Assembly (NCBI RefSeq): GCF_001194135.2
Contig: NC_069009.1
Coordinates: forward strand, 4,804,531-4,839,977
DNA length: 35,447 bases
Source: Octopus bimaculoides
Taxonomy: Eukaryota
Direction of reading: 5' to 3'
Both the position numbers and the translations under genes were made by a program. Shown here piece by piece: positions 12,560 to 24,091 of this stretch. The number at the start of each line of letters is the position of its first letter. The first letter of the stretch is position 1. Below the pieces are notes generated by a model that was given only the letters and a program-made list of their open reading frames with translations, made no database searches and was not told where the DNA came from.

Positions 12560-12955
12560 CATCATCATCATCGTCATCATTGTTTAACGTCCGTTTTCCA
12601 TGCTGGCATGGGTTGGACGGTTTGACTGGGGTCTGGGAAACCAGGAGGCTGCAGCAGGCCCCAATCTGATTTGGCAGTGTTTCTATAACTGGATGCCCTT
12701 CCTAATGCCAACCACTCCGAGAGTGTAGCAGGTGCTTTTTACATGCCACCAGCACAGGGGCCAGAGGAGTTGGCATCGACCATGATCAGATGGTGCTTTT
12801 CACATGCCACCGGCACAGAAGCCAGTCAAAGCAAAATTGGCATCGGCCACATTCAGATTGTGCACGAGGATTACAATTTCAATTTGATTTTCATTTTGAT
12901 ATTGCTGATGTTGATGTACCTGACTCAATAGGTCTCCTCAAGCACAGCATGTCGC
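12560..12955 (-). mobile_element. RTE 3' end with about two subrepeats and the last ORF codons
   Basis: (CAT)n tail, ggatgcccttcctaatgccaaccactcc, subrepeats, and on the minus strand atgctgtgcttgaggagacctattgagtcag (ORF end). Confidence 0.8.
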
Positions 12956-13548
12956 CCTACAATCCAAGGTATATTTATAATGAGTGTATGTATTTATATA
13001 TAAAATCCTCACACAAGAGATATCGATATATACATATGTATATTAAATATATATGCATATGTGTACATATATATAGAGAGAGACCAATTTGTCTTACTTA
13101 ATGTGGCTAATTAATGCGACGAATTAATCCACAATGTCATTTCAGTATACATCAAAACTACGTTAATCAAAATTCTTCACCAATTGTGGGAATATTTATA
13201 AATCATCTCGGAAATTAATAACAATCACAACAACAACAATAATAATAGTTATAATAATAATGATGATGATGATGATAATGATATAATTCTAATTAATGCA
13301 AATCATTAATCTTCAAGATAAAATTTCATCAAAAGTCAATTTGAGCAGTTTTCACTTTTTCTTGCCCAATACATATTTTTCACAATAATAAGCAATTTGA
13401 TTGCCAAATTCTCTGCAAATGAGTATATATTAAAAAGCAATTCCATTAATCATTGTTTGGCCATTCTTATATCCAGAAAATTCTATCAAGTTCTTTAGCT
13501 GTTGTTTATTTTGATGCATTTCCAGATTGTTTGTACAAGTAAAGATAT

Positions 13549-13935
13549 GGCATGAGCGTGGCTGTGGTGAGAAGCTTGTTTACTAACCACATGGTTCCAG
13601 GTTCAGTCCCACTGTGTGGCACCTTGGGCAAGTACATTCTGCTATAGTCCCAGGCCGACCAAAACCTGTGTGGATTTGGTAGACGGAAACTGAAAAAAGC
13701 CCGTCGTATATATAATTATATATGTGTGTGCTTATGTATGTATGTGTGTCTTTGTGTTAGTGTTCATTCCTCACCTCTGTTTGACAAACGGTGTTGGTGT
13801 GTTTACATCCCTGTGACATAGCGGTTTGGGAAAAGAGATCTATAGAATAGTCACCAGGCTTTAAAAACAAGTTCTTCAAAGGAGTGCCCCAGCATGGCCA
13901 TAGTCTAATGACTGAAAAAAGTGAAAGATAAAAGA
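13549..13935 (+). mobile_element. SINE family A, diverged full length
   Basis: gtggctgtggtgagaagcttg...ggttcagtcccactgtgtggcaccttgggcaag...ccagcatggcc...gactgaaa. Confidence 0.85.
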
Positions 13936-14033
13936 AAAAATATACACCCTACACACACAGGTGACAGGAAGAGCATCCAGCCTTTGAAAATCTGTCTCAA
14001 TAAAGTCTGTTCAATCCATGTGAGTATGGAAAA

Positions 14034-14462
14034 GTGATGATGATGATGATGATGATGATGAGAATGGTGGTGATAGTAATGATGATGATGAGAATGGTGG
14101 TGGTAGTGGTGGTGATGGTGATGGTAATTATGATGATGATGATGATGATGGCGATGATGATGATGACGATGATGATGAGGATGAGGATGATGAAGATGAT
14201 GATGAGGATGATGATGATGACGATGACGACGATGAAGATGATGATGGCAGTGATAATGGTGATGGTGGTGGTGGTGATGACAGCGACAACAGTGATGATG
14301 ATGATGATGATGATGAGGATGATGATGAGGATGATGACAGTGATGACGATGGTAGTGATAACAATGACGACGACAGCAATGTTGAAGGTGATGGTAGTGA
14401 TGACGACAATGATGATGATGGTGATGGTCATGATGATGCTGATGGTGATGATGATGAGGATA
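14034..14462. repeat. (GAT)n-rich degenerate trinucleotide tract
   Basis: Directly visible; source of the poly-M/poly-S/poly-I pseudo-ORFs. Confidence 0.95.
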
Positions 14463-14541
14463 ATAGACACAGGTACATTTAAATGCGAGTCAGATAAGTT
14501 TAGAGAGAGATTTTTGCAAGACACTGTTTAAAATTTTAAAG

Positions 14542-14745
14542 TCTTCAAATATTACTTTCAACTGCTTAAGTTCATTAAAGTACTCTTGTCAGTTAAGCTA
14601 AAGATACACACACATCTACACACACAAACACACATGTATATGCACATATATACATATATATATATGTATGTATGTATGTGTATGTGTAACCTGACTGACA
14701 AGACTACTTTGATGAATTTGAGCTGCTGAAAGTAATATCTGAAGA
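14542..14745. repeat. Inverted repeat (about 52-bp arms) around a microsatellite spacer
   Basis: tcttcaaatattactttcaactgcttaagttcattaaagtactcttgtcagt matches the reverse complement of actgacaagactactttgatgaatttgagctgctgaaagtaatatctgaaga. Confidence 0.85.
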
Positions 14746-14902
14746 TTATACATATATATATATATACACACATATATATATATATATGTATATATATACA
14801 TATACACATACATACATATATACATAAATAAATATATATATATATTTATATATATATATATATATATATACATATATAAATATATACGTATATAAATATA
14901 TT

Positions 14903-14933
<31 letters not shown>

Positions 14934-15658
14934 ATACATATATAAATATATAAATACATATATATANNNNNNNNNNNNNNNNNNNNNNNNNNNNNNNNNN
15001 NNNNNNNNNNNNNNNNNNNNNNNNNNNNNNNNNNNNNNNNNNNNNNNNNNNNNNNNNNNNNNNNNNNNNNNNNNNNNNNNNNNNNNNNNNNNNNNNNNNN
15101 NNNNNNNNNNNNNNNNNNNNNNNNNNNNNNNNNNNNNNNNNNNNNNNNNNNNNNNNNNNNNNNNNNNNNNNNNNNNNNNNNNNNNNNNNNNNNNNNNNNN
15201 NNNNNNNNNNNNNNNNNNNNNNNNNNNNNNNNNNNNNNNNNNNNNNNNNNNNNNNNNNNNNNNNNNNNNNNNNNNNNNNNNNNNNNNNNNNNNNNNNNNN
15301 NNNNNNNNNNNNNNNNNNNNNNNNNNNNNNNNNNNNNNNNNNNNNNNNNNNNNNNNNNNNNNNNNNNNNNNNNNNNNNNNNNNNNNNNNNNNNNNNNNNN
15401 NNNNNNNNNNNNNNNNNNNNNNNNNNNNNNNNNNNNNNNNNNNNNNNNNNNNNNNNNNNNNNNNNNNNNNNNNNNNNNNNNNNNNNNNNNNNNNNNNNNN
15501 NNNNNNNNNNNNNNNNNNNNNNNNNNNNNNNNNNNNNNNNNNNNNNNNNNNNNNNNNNNNNNNNNNNNNNNNNNNNNNNNNNNNNNNNNNNNNNNNNNNN
15601 NNNNNNNNNNNNNNNNNNNNNNNNNNNNNNNNNNNNNNNNNNNNNNNNNNNNNNNNNN

Positions 15659-15700
<42 letters not shown>

Positions 15701-16392
15701 TCTTTACTTTTTACTTGTGAACATGTATATGCATGGCTTGTTTTGCACTTGTGTATACACACAGGCATGTATACAGAATGTCTTTGTTTATGCACACACA
15801 CACACACACATACACATGTCTATCAACTGCACACATATGTAGATGCATATGTGTGTGTGTTTGTGTATGTATACGTATATATATATATATATATACATAT
15901 ATATGTATGTATATATATTTATACATGCCCAACCACACACATATCTCCTGTTCCATTGGTATTTCCTGAAGCATTCATAAATACAGGTAAATATATGCAA
16001 ATAGTCATATGGGTATGTATGTGTGTATGTGTATATATATATATATACATATATATATANNNNNNNNNNNNNNNNNNNNNNNNNNNNNNNNNNNNNNNNN
16101 NNNNNNNNNNNNNNNNNNNNNNNNNNNNNNNNNNNNNNNNNNNNNNNNNNNNNNNNNNNNNNNNNNNNNNNNNNNNNNNNNNNNNNNNNNNNNNNNNNNN
16201 NNNNNNNNNNNNNNNNNNNNNNNNNNNNNNNNNNNNNNNNNNNNNNNNNNNNNNNNNNNNNNNNNNNNNNNNNNNNNNNNNNNNNNNNNNNNNNNNNNNN
16301 NNNNNNNNNNNNNNNNNNNNNNNNNNNNNNNNNNNNNNNNNNNNNNNNNNNNNNNNNNNNNNNNNNNNNNNNNNNNNNNNNNNNNNNNNNNN

Positions 16393-16424
<32 letters not shown>

Positions 16425-16439
16425 CGCACAGAGTGATAT

Positions 16440-17340
16440 CTTCACGTCATGCTTATAAATAAAGAAAATTGCGCATGCAATACAACAAAGGCACTAAGCT
16501 CTCCGGATGATACAGCAAAACAACCTCAAATACAAGAACAACAACAGCTATAAACAAACAAACAAACAAATAAATACAAAACACCACAAAACAAAGAAAA
16601 ACATGAAAAAAACTGACAGCCGAAAGATGAACAAATCCAGCATAACAAGGAATCAACAAGATGAAGAACAACAAGTACAGGAAACTATTTAAAAACCGAC
16701 AACTTTTAAACCTAATAAGAAACACAAAAAAAATATTGTAACTTCATTGTAATCACGCTTTTACATGGACAAACCTATCGCAGAACCGTGATTTTTGGAG
16801 GTTTTTTTTGTGTTTTTCATGAAGGAAAAAGAAAAAAATATGGAAGAGAATCGTTCCAGTAACAAGCAATGAAGTGGATATCCTCAATTTTCAATGGTTT
16901 TATAGTCTATGTTGTTCAAACCAACAAGTCATATCATCGTAGTCGGGCACGCTGTAAGGCTTTCTGCTTTTTGTGTTTTTTCGTCTCCTTTCTTCTTTCC
17001 TCGAAACTTTCGCTTCGATTTTACATTGAGATTTCAGTCCGGAAATGCGTTAAATTTCAACGAAAGTTACAGAAAAGGGATGTTTAAAAAGAATAGGAAA
17101 GATATTTTGACAAAACCTTGCAATGTTATTGAAAAATTTCTAAACAAACAACTGCACTAGATAAGATGTGTTTCTGTAGAAACTTTCAACGGCAGCCATT
17201 TTGTTCTTTGTTTTGCTCTTACAGAAATTTTTGCTTTCATTTTATTTGCAATTTACTTTATTTACACGATGGCTACTGAGAAAAATTTGAAGAAGAAACA
17301 TGACACACAGATAGGTTTCTTGTCTTTTGTGATTGTTTAG
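16440..17340. promoter_or_regulatory. Unique, CpG-retaining region; candidate promoter or 5' exon region
   Basis: About 15 CpGs counted by eye in 16760-17200 despite AT richness; motifs cacgtca, tataaa, tgcgcatgc, ccgga(t/a) twice, gccattttg. No transcript evidence. Confidence 0.3.
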
Positions 17341-17695
17341 GTTCGGTACTGATGTTTAAGGTGATTTCTTTGTGTGTTGTTGTTGTTGCTGATATGAAGG
17401 GGGGGGGAGTTGCTGTTGTTACTGTTAGTGTCGATGTTGCTTTTTGCTTCGCTTCTTAACCTCTCTCTTGATTTGGAAATAAACAGTAAAATAGATTTGT
17501 ACCAATGATTTCTGGATATGTATGCATGTATGTATTTAAGTATATACATATGTATGCATGTATTTAGCATATATGTACATATGACAATATATGTATGCAT
17601 ATATGTATGGCTCTATGTATGCATGCATCTATTTACAGATATGTATGTATAAATATATTTGTGTATATGTGAATGAACGTAGTCTTTTTTTCTGT

Positions 17696-18006
17696 TATTC
17701 TATTACTTGTTTCAGTCATTTGACTGCAGCCATGCTGGAGCACCACCTATAGTCGAACAAATCGATGCCAGGACTTATACTTTGTGAGCCTAGTACTTAT
17801 TCTATCATTCTATTTTGCCGAACTGCTAAGTTACAGGGGGGGGGAGGTCATAATTACACCAACATCAGTTGTCNNNNNNNNNNGCTTCTGTCTACCAGAG
17901 CCTCAGGCTATAGAAAAAGACACTTGCCCAGAGTTCCACGCAGTGGGACTGAACCTGGAATGGTGTGGTTGGGAAACAAGCTTCTTACCACACAGCCATG
18001 CCTGCA
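17696..18006 (-). mobile_element. SINE family A
   Basis: Tail to head collinear with 11707-12098; 10-N gap in the middle. Confidence 0.85.
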
Positions 18007-18033
18007 CCTATGTATAAATGTATGTATCTTTTA

Positions 18034-18391
18034 GTTTTTACTTGTTTCAGTCATTAGACTGTGGCCATGCTGGGGCACCACCTTGAAGAATTTTAATTGA
18101 GGAAATTGACCCCAGTACTTGTTCTACCTGTCCTACTTGCCTACTAACACTGGTTGTCAAATGATGTGGGGGGGGGACACAAAAGCATACACACATGACA
18201 CAGACAGATACACACACACACACATGCAAAAGGTTCTTTCAATTTCCGTCCACCAAATCCACTCACAAGGCTTTGATTGGCCCAAGGCTATAAGTGGAAG
18301 ACACTTATCCAACTCACCATACAGTGGAACTGAACTCAGAACGAAGTGGTTAGTAAGCAAACTTATAACTTCTTGTCACACAGCCACACCT
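18034..18391 (-). mobile_element. SINE family A, tandem second copy
   Basis: Second tail-to-head copy directly adjacent to the first. Confidence 0.8.
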
Positions 18392-18676
18392 ATGTACAAT
18401 TATATATTTTTGTTTGAATGAATTTATACATATCTACCTATATATATATATATATATATNNNNNNNNNNNNNNNNNNNNNNNNNNNNNNNNNNNNNNNNN
18501 NNNNNNNNNNNNNNNNNNNNNNNNNNNNNNNNNNNNNNNNNNNNNNNNNNNNNNNNNNNNNNNNNNNNNNNNNNNNNNNNNNNNNNNNNNNNNNNNNNNN
18601 NNNNNNNNNNNNNNNNNNNNNNNNNNNNNNNNNNNNNNNNNNNNNNNNNNNNNNNNNNNNNNNNNNNNNNNNNNNN

Positions 18677-18939
18677 TTAGGAAGGTATAACAATGCACTA
18701 TAGAACAAAAAAATGGACTGTATACCTGTTGTAACTTGGTAAACTGTAGTCCGATGATATTTCGGAATTAGAGTCTCTGCTATAAGAGACATACATACAT
18801 ATAGAGATATGTACAGAGACTCCAGCAAATCTGAAGAAGGAATTCTAATTCCGAAATATCATCGGACTACAGTTTACCAAGTTACAACAGGTATACAGTC
18901 CATTTTTTTGTTCTATATTGCATTGTTATACCTTCCTAA
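18677..18939. repeat. Near-perfect inverted repeat, 96-bp arms, 71-bp spacer; probable Penelope-like element relic
   Basis: 18677-18772 is the reverse complement of 18844-18939 with one mismatch; the left arm abuts a gap. Confidence 0.85.
18826..18865 (+). ncRNA. Minimal hammerhead-ribozyme-like core (Penelope type, probably degenerate)
   Basis: CTGAAGA-A-GGAAT-tcta-ATTCC-GAAA-TATC: core boxes, a 5-bp stem II and a palindromic ATAT stem III; stem I is only 2 bp. Confidence 0.45.
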
Positions 18940-18953
18940 ACTTTTTATTCTTT

Positions 18954-18984
<31 letters not shown>

Positions 18985-18985
<1 letters not shown>

Positions 18986-19551
18986 GAACGAGGAGAGCTT
19001 GGTGACAGGGTGCATTGTTGTTATAAAGAATCCAATTCTTAACTTTCCACAGATCCAGTTGCTTTCACCAAATGTTCTCCTTGAAATATTTCAAAAACAT
19101 CACAGTAAAACTCTTGATTGAAAGTCTGGCCCTGGGGGATGAATTCTCGATGCACAATACCACATTTCTGGGGGTGGCACTCAATGCAGGTCTTCCAGAT
19201 CACTCATTGTCTTCCAGGGGCATTCTTCCACACTTGAAGGACCCATACCACTTGAAACATTGTGTATGATCTATTGCCTTGTCACCATAAGCTTGCCAAA
19301 GCCTGTTCAATGTTTCTGCTGCAGAATTCCAAAGTTTAACGCAAAATTTCACGATGGTTCTCTGTTCCTGTCCATGACAAAAATCACAGACTACAGCAAT
19401 ATACGTGATCAAAAGAACACAAATTTTACATCTAGTGGAAGTAAGCAGTGATGTCATTCAACTCACTGACTCAAGAAGGTAACTGCAACCATGTGTGGCC
19501 ACCTGCTGGCGTGCTACAGAACTAGTCCAGGAATTGTTTGATACCACCTCA
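18985..19551 (-). mobile_element. Internally deleted mariner transposon relic
   Basis: Minus-strand translation EQRTIVKFCVKLWNSAAETLNRLWQAYGDKAIDHTQCFKWYGSFKCGRMPLEDNE*SGRP (mariner HTH region) is joined to ...LDLWKVKNWILYNNNAPCH (region of the second catalytic Asp, HDNA-like); TIR-like tatgaggtggtatcaaac at the right end. Confidence 0.88.
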
Positions 19552-19569
19552 TACATATATACATACAGA

Positions 19570-20122
19570 TGTGATTGAGAAGACCCGGCATCTAAACTGA
19601 GATCGCAGTCATGCATCTCCAGCCCAGTTAAGAGTAGCCCTGATGCGTCGTGCGATATGATATGCTTGAGAAAATCTGTTGAGTCAAGTAAAACCAATAT
19701 CATAGCTGTGGCCAGTGTCCACTGACTGGCTCCCATGCCACTGGCATGTAAAAAGCACCATCTAAACATGGTCAATGCCAGGTCCATCTGACTGGCTCTC
19801 GTGTTGGTGGCATGTAAAAAGGACCACCTGAATGTGGACGATGCCAGTACCCCCTGACTAGCCCCCATGCCGGTGCCACATAAAAAGCTCTATCCAAACG
19901 TGATCGATGCCAGGCCCACTTGACTGGCTCCTGTGCCAGTGGCATGTAAAAAGCACCCACTACACTCTCAGAGTGGTTGGTGCTAGGAAGGGTATCTAGC
20001 TGTAGAAACCTTGCCAGATCAGATTGGAGCCTGGTGCAGCCTCTGGCTCTCCAAACCTCAGTCAACTCATCCAACCCATGCCAGCATGGTAAACGGACGT
20101 TAAACGATGATGATGATGATGA
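19570..20122 (+). mobile_element. RTE 3' end with 4 x 66-bp tandem units and (GAT)n tail
   Basis: ORF-end-like gagaagacccggca, units at 19711/19777/19843/19909, 3' UTR and tail as at 5650-5826. Confidence 0.88.
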
Positions 20123-20131
20123 GATGTATAT

Positions 20132-20163
<32 letters not shown>

Positions 20164-20579
20164 NNNNNNNNNNNNNNNNNNNNNNNNNNNNNNNNNNNNN
20201 NNNNNNNNNNNNNNNNNNNNNNNNNNNNNNNNNNNNNNNNNNNNNNNNNNNNNNNNNNNNNNNNNNNNNNNNNNNNNNNNNNNNNNNNNNNNNNNNNNNN
20301 NNNNNNNNNNNNNNNNNNNNNNNNNNNNNNNNNNNNNNNNNNNNNNNNNNNNNNNNNNNNNNNNNNNNNNNNNNNNNNNNNNNNNNNNNNNNNNNNNNNN
20401 NNNNNNNNNNNNNNNNNNNNNNNNNNNNNNNNNNNNNNNNNNNNNNNNNNNNNNNNNNNNNNNNNNNNNNNNNNNNAAATAACCATCCATTTCCGTATCA
20501 CATCAGGATTACTTACTCTATGTGAGGCCAAGCTGACAAATTTCCTGTTTTGGTATGGACAATAATGGGGTGAATTTAC

Positions 20580-20614
<35 letters not shown>

Positions 20615-20649
20615 AATGTATATATACAGACATATATACATATATGTGT

Positions 20650-20682
<33 letters not shown>

Positions 20683-20774
20683 GCATGTATTTTCTCATCC
20701 ACACCTATATGCTCCCTGTCTAACTGACCACCTGGACAGTGGTCAGTTAGACAGCCAGCCAACAAGCCGGACAG

Positions 20775-22165
20775 CATAGTAGTTGTTGTTGTTCATATTC
20801 TTTTGATTGCTTTTGTTTGTTATGTATTGTTTTTGTAGTTTGTCATCATCTGTCGTCATCTACTTTGTTACCATTTGTAGCCATTATGGTTCTTCTCCAT
20901 CTTTTTTTCTTTTTTCCTTCTTTTTTCTTTTTCTTTTCTTCTTTTTCTTCTTTTTTCTTTTTCTTTCCTTCTTTTCTTCTTCTTTTTCTCTTCTTTTCTC
21001 TTTTTCTTTTCTTTTTTTTCTTTTTCTTTTCTTCTTTTTTTCTTTTTCTTCTTTTTTCTTTTTCTTCTTCTTCTTCTTCTTCTCCCAATTCTTCTTCTTC
21101 TCCCAATTCTTCTTCTTCTTCTTCTTCTCCCAATTCTTCTTCTTTTTCTTCCAATTCTTCTCCTTCCAATTTTTTCTTTTCTTCTTTTTCTTCTTCGTTT
21201 CATTTTTTCTTTTTCTTCTTCCAGTTTTGTATTGTCCTTCTCCTCTTCATTTTTCTTCTTCTCCACCATCATCATCATCATCATTGTCATCACCATCATA
21301 ATAACAATAATCATCATCATCTGTCCGTTATCAATGTAGGCATTTTCAAATTTCTTCTTTTTCCTTATCACTATCATCACCACCATCATCATCACCATCA
21401 TCATCATCATCGTCGTCATCATCATCATCATCGTCATCATCATCATCACCACCACCACCACCACCACCATCATTATCATCATCATCATCATCATCGTTGT
21501 CGTCATCATCAGCTGCAGCAGAGGCAGCATCTTTCGCTTTCTTTTTCATAATAACCATCATCATCATCATCATCATTATTGTCATCATCGTTATTACCAT
21601 CTTCATCTTTTTCTCCCTCTACTTCTTCTTCATCATCATCAGCAGTAGCAGCATTTATTGTTTCCTCCTTCATCATCATCCTCCTCATCATCATCATCTA
21701 CATTCTTCTCCACCTCATCACCATCCTAAGTCATTTTTTTACTCCTTTTTCTTTGTCCAGCTCTTTCAATCTGACCACCACCACTACCTCCTGCCCACCA
21801 CAGCCTCCATCACCACTGAGTGACCCATGTCCAGAGAGACATCCTAAGCCACAATAATCATTTATCCATTTATCGGTCAGTCGACAAACTTCCTGTTTGC
21901 GGACAGTCATGGGGGCGCAAAATATAATTTCCACCACCACCACCATCACCACCACCACCACCATCAGCGGCCTACATCACCACCACCACTAACAGGATCA
22001 GCATAAGCCACCTCTACCACCACCACCACCATTATCACTGCCATCACCACCACCATCACCACNNNNNNNNNNNNNNNNNNNNNNNNNNNNNNNNNNNNNN
22101 NNNNNNNNNNNNNNNNNNNNNNNNNNNNNNNNNNNNNNNNCATCACCACCACCACCACCACTCAT
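20775..22165. repeat. Compound low-complexity block (CTT/T-rich, then CAT, then CAC)
   Basis: Directly visible; all ORFs here are homopolymeric translations. Confidence 0.9.
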
Positions 22166-22419
22166 TCTCCTCCCCACCCTTCCCTCCCTTGCAATCCCAA
22201 ACTGTGGTCAGTTGGTCAATCCGTCCATATTTTACGTCACTCTGTTTTGGTCAATTAACCAAGATGGTGTCTGCAGGAAAACAATGGAATGTCTCAAATG
22301 GGTTTTGAAGTCAGTGAGGTCAGTTGGATAGCGAGGGACTGGTTGGTGGTGGTGGTCACGCTGGGATTCTTGGAAGCCTTTGTCCTTTTCTTCATCCAGT
22401 TCTTAATCTTTCAGTTCCT

Positions 22420-22757
22420 CTCCTCCTCCTCCCTTCCTTTACCTTCCATGTCTTCTTTCTTTCTTCTTCTTTCACTCCTCCTCCTCCTTTTTCCTCTTTC
22501 CTTCTTCTTCTTTCAGTCCTCCTCTTCCTCCAAACTCTCCTCCTCCTTATTCTCCTCTCCTTTCAATTCTTCTTTCTCAATTCCTCCTTATTCAGTTCTT
22601 CTTTTTCGTCTTCTTTTCCTTCACTTCTTCTTCTTCTTCCTCCTCTTCCACTTTCTTCCAATTCTTCTACATACCACCACCACCACCACCGCTACTGCCA
22701 CCACAGTTTACCTGTAACCAAACTTACAAACACAATCCTTACCAACCCTAACCCCAA

Positions 22758-22793
<36 letters not shown>

Positions 22794-23610
22794 CCGCCAC
22801 TACCACCACCACCACCACTACCACCATCCACAACAGCAGGCAAAAGTCATTATGAAGAATATAGCCATTTTCCTTTCCTTTTTTGTTTTGCACTGGACAT
22901 CTGCAGATTTAGACATTTTCTTTACATCAAACCTTTGTTTTCCCACACTCTCTGTTTCTTTGTCTTTCCCTCTTCTCTCTCTTTCTCTCTCTCTCTCTCT
23001 CTGTCTCTCTCTTTCTTTGTCTTTCCCTTCCCAATTGCCTCTGACACACATGCACGTTCCCTCTTTCACTATTTCTCTCTCTCCCTCCCTATTCATCTCT
23101 CTCTCTCTCTCTCTATGTATTCCTGTCGCTCTGTATTTCTCTCTCTCTCTATTCGTCCCTCTCTCTGTATTCCTCTCTCTCTCTCTCTCGCTATTCCTCT
23201 CTTTTTCTCTATTCCTCCCTCTCTCTGTATTCCTCTCCCTCTCCCTTTCTCTCTGTATTCCTCTGTCTTTCTCCATCTCCTACTCACTCACTTTCTCTCT
23301 CTCTCTCCACTCTCTTTCACTTTGTCATTCTGTCACTTTCTCACTGTCTCCAATACACACACACACACACACACACACAGTCACCTTTTTCTCTCTCTCA
23401 TACTCTCTATCACTCTCTCTTTTGCATACTCTCTCATCCTCTCTTTCCCAAATACACACATACAAACACACACTCTCTCTCTCACTCTATCTCCTTTTCT
23501 TACTCACTCACTTTCTCTCTCTCTTTCTTCTCTCTCTTTCTAACATTCTCACACACACACCCTCAATCTCACATACACGCCACTCTCTTCCTCTCTGCCC
23601 CCCCCCTCTT
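22420..23610. repeat. Pyrimidine-rich low-complexity block ((CTT)n, (CAC)n, (CT)n, (CA)n)
   Basis: Directly visible. Confidence 0.9.
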
Positions 23611-23754
23611 GCCTCCTTTAAGTCCAGCCATGCTCTTCACTGACCACATTCGTTTTGATGTCTTTTATCTGTGACAAGATGACCGATAAGGGCAGAGTGG
23701 ACATTACAATGATACATTATGAGATCAGTGGGTGGTTTTACATCATGTACAACA

Positions 23755-23759
23755 ACAGC

Positions 23760-23814
<55 letters not shown>

Positions 23815-23915
23815 TAATAATAACAACAACAATAATAAATAATAATACTTATAATAATCCTTTCTACTAAAGTCACAAGGCTTGAAATTTTGGGGTTGGA
23901 GACTATTTGATTATA
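23755..23915 (-). repeat. (AAT)n tract with the 3' tip of SINE family B
   Basis: (AAT)n followed by cctttctactaaagtcacaaggcttgaaattt, similar to 24214 onward. Confidence 0.7.
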
Positions 23916-24017
23916 ATAATGATAATAATTGATTTTAAATTCTCAATCGCAGAATAATGCTAATAATATAGCCTGAACAGGATAAACTACCCCTATTTTG
24001 CAGAGAAAAGTGTAGGT

Positions 24018-24091
24018 GGCTAGCTGTGGACACGAACTCACATCCCCGTGATTACATGTCACGATGCTTTGACCGATTAAGCTAAACTACC
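24018..24091 (-). pseudogene. Degenerate tRNA-like sequence (Thr-TGT-like anticodon loop)
   Basis: Minus strand ggtagtt-ta-gctt-aatcggtca-aagc-a-cgtga/catgtaa/tcacg-like anticodon arm-gggat-gtgagttcgtgtccac-agctagc. D stem and anticodon stem pair, A/B boxes are recognisable, position 33 is A rather than U, and the T stem is defective. Confidence 0.6.

Noticed and set aside
13997-14531. Poly-M/poly-I/poly-S ORFs
   Set aside because: Pure (GAT)n tract.
19700-19965. CRISPR array interpretation of the 66-bp palindromic units
   Set aside because: Eukaryotic context, no unique spacers, no cas genes, and the array lies inside a LINE 3' UTR.
2307-20547. Phase-compatible chain of small minus-strand AG...GT segments (about 20.5, 15.95, 8.55 and 2.35 kb) as exons of a host gene
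   Set aside because: The joined peptide resembles nothing I recognise, some splice sites are weak, and such sites arise by chance in AT-rich DNA; it would need RNA-seq.
20807-23643. Long ORFs (244, 220 and 439 aa) rich in F/S/H/K/R/L
   Set aside because: They are translations of simple repeats, open in several frames on both strands, with no domain-like sequence.
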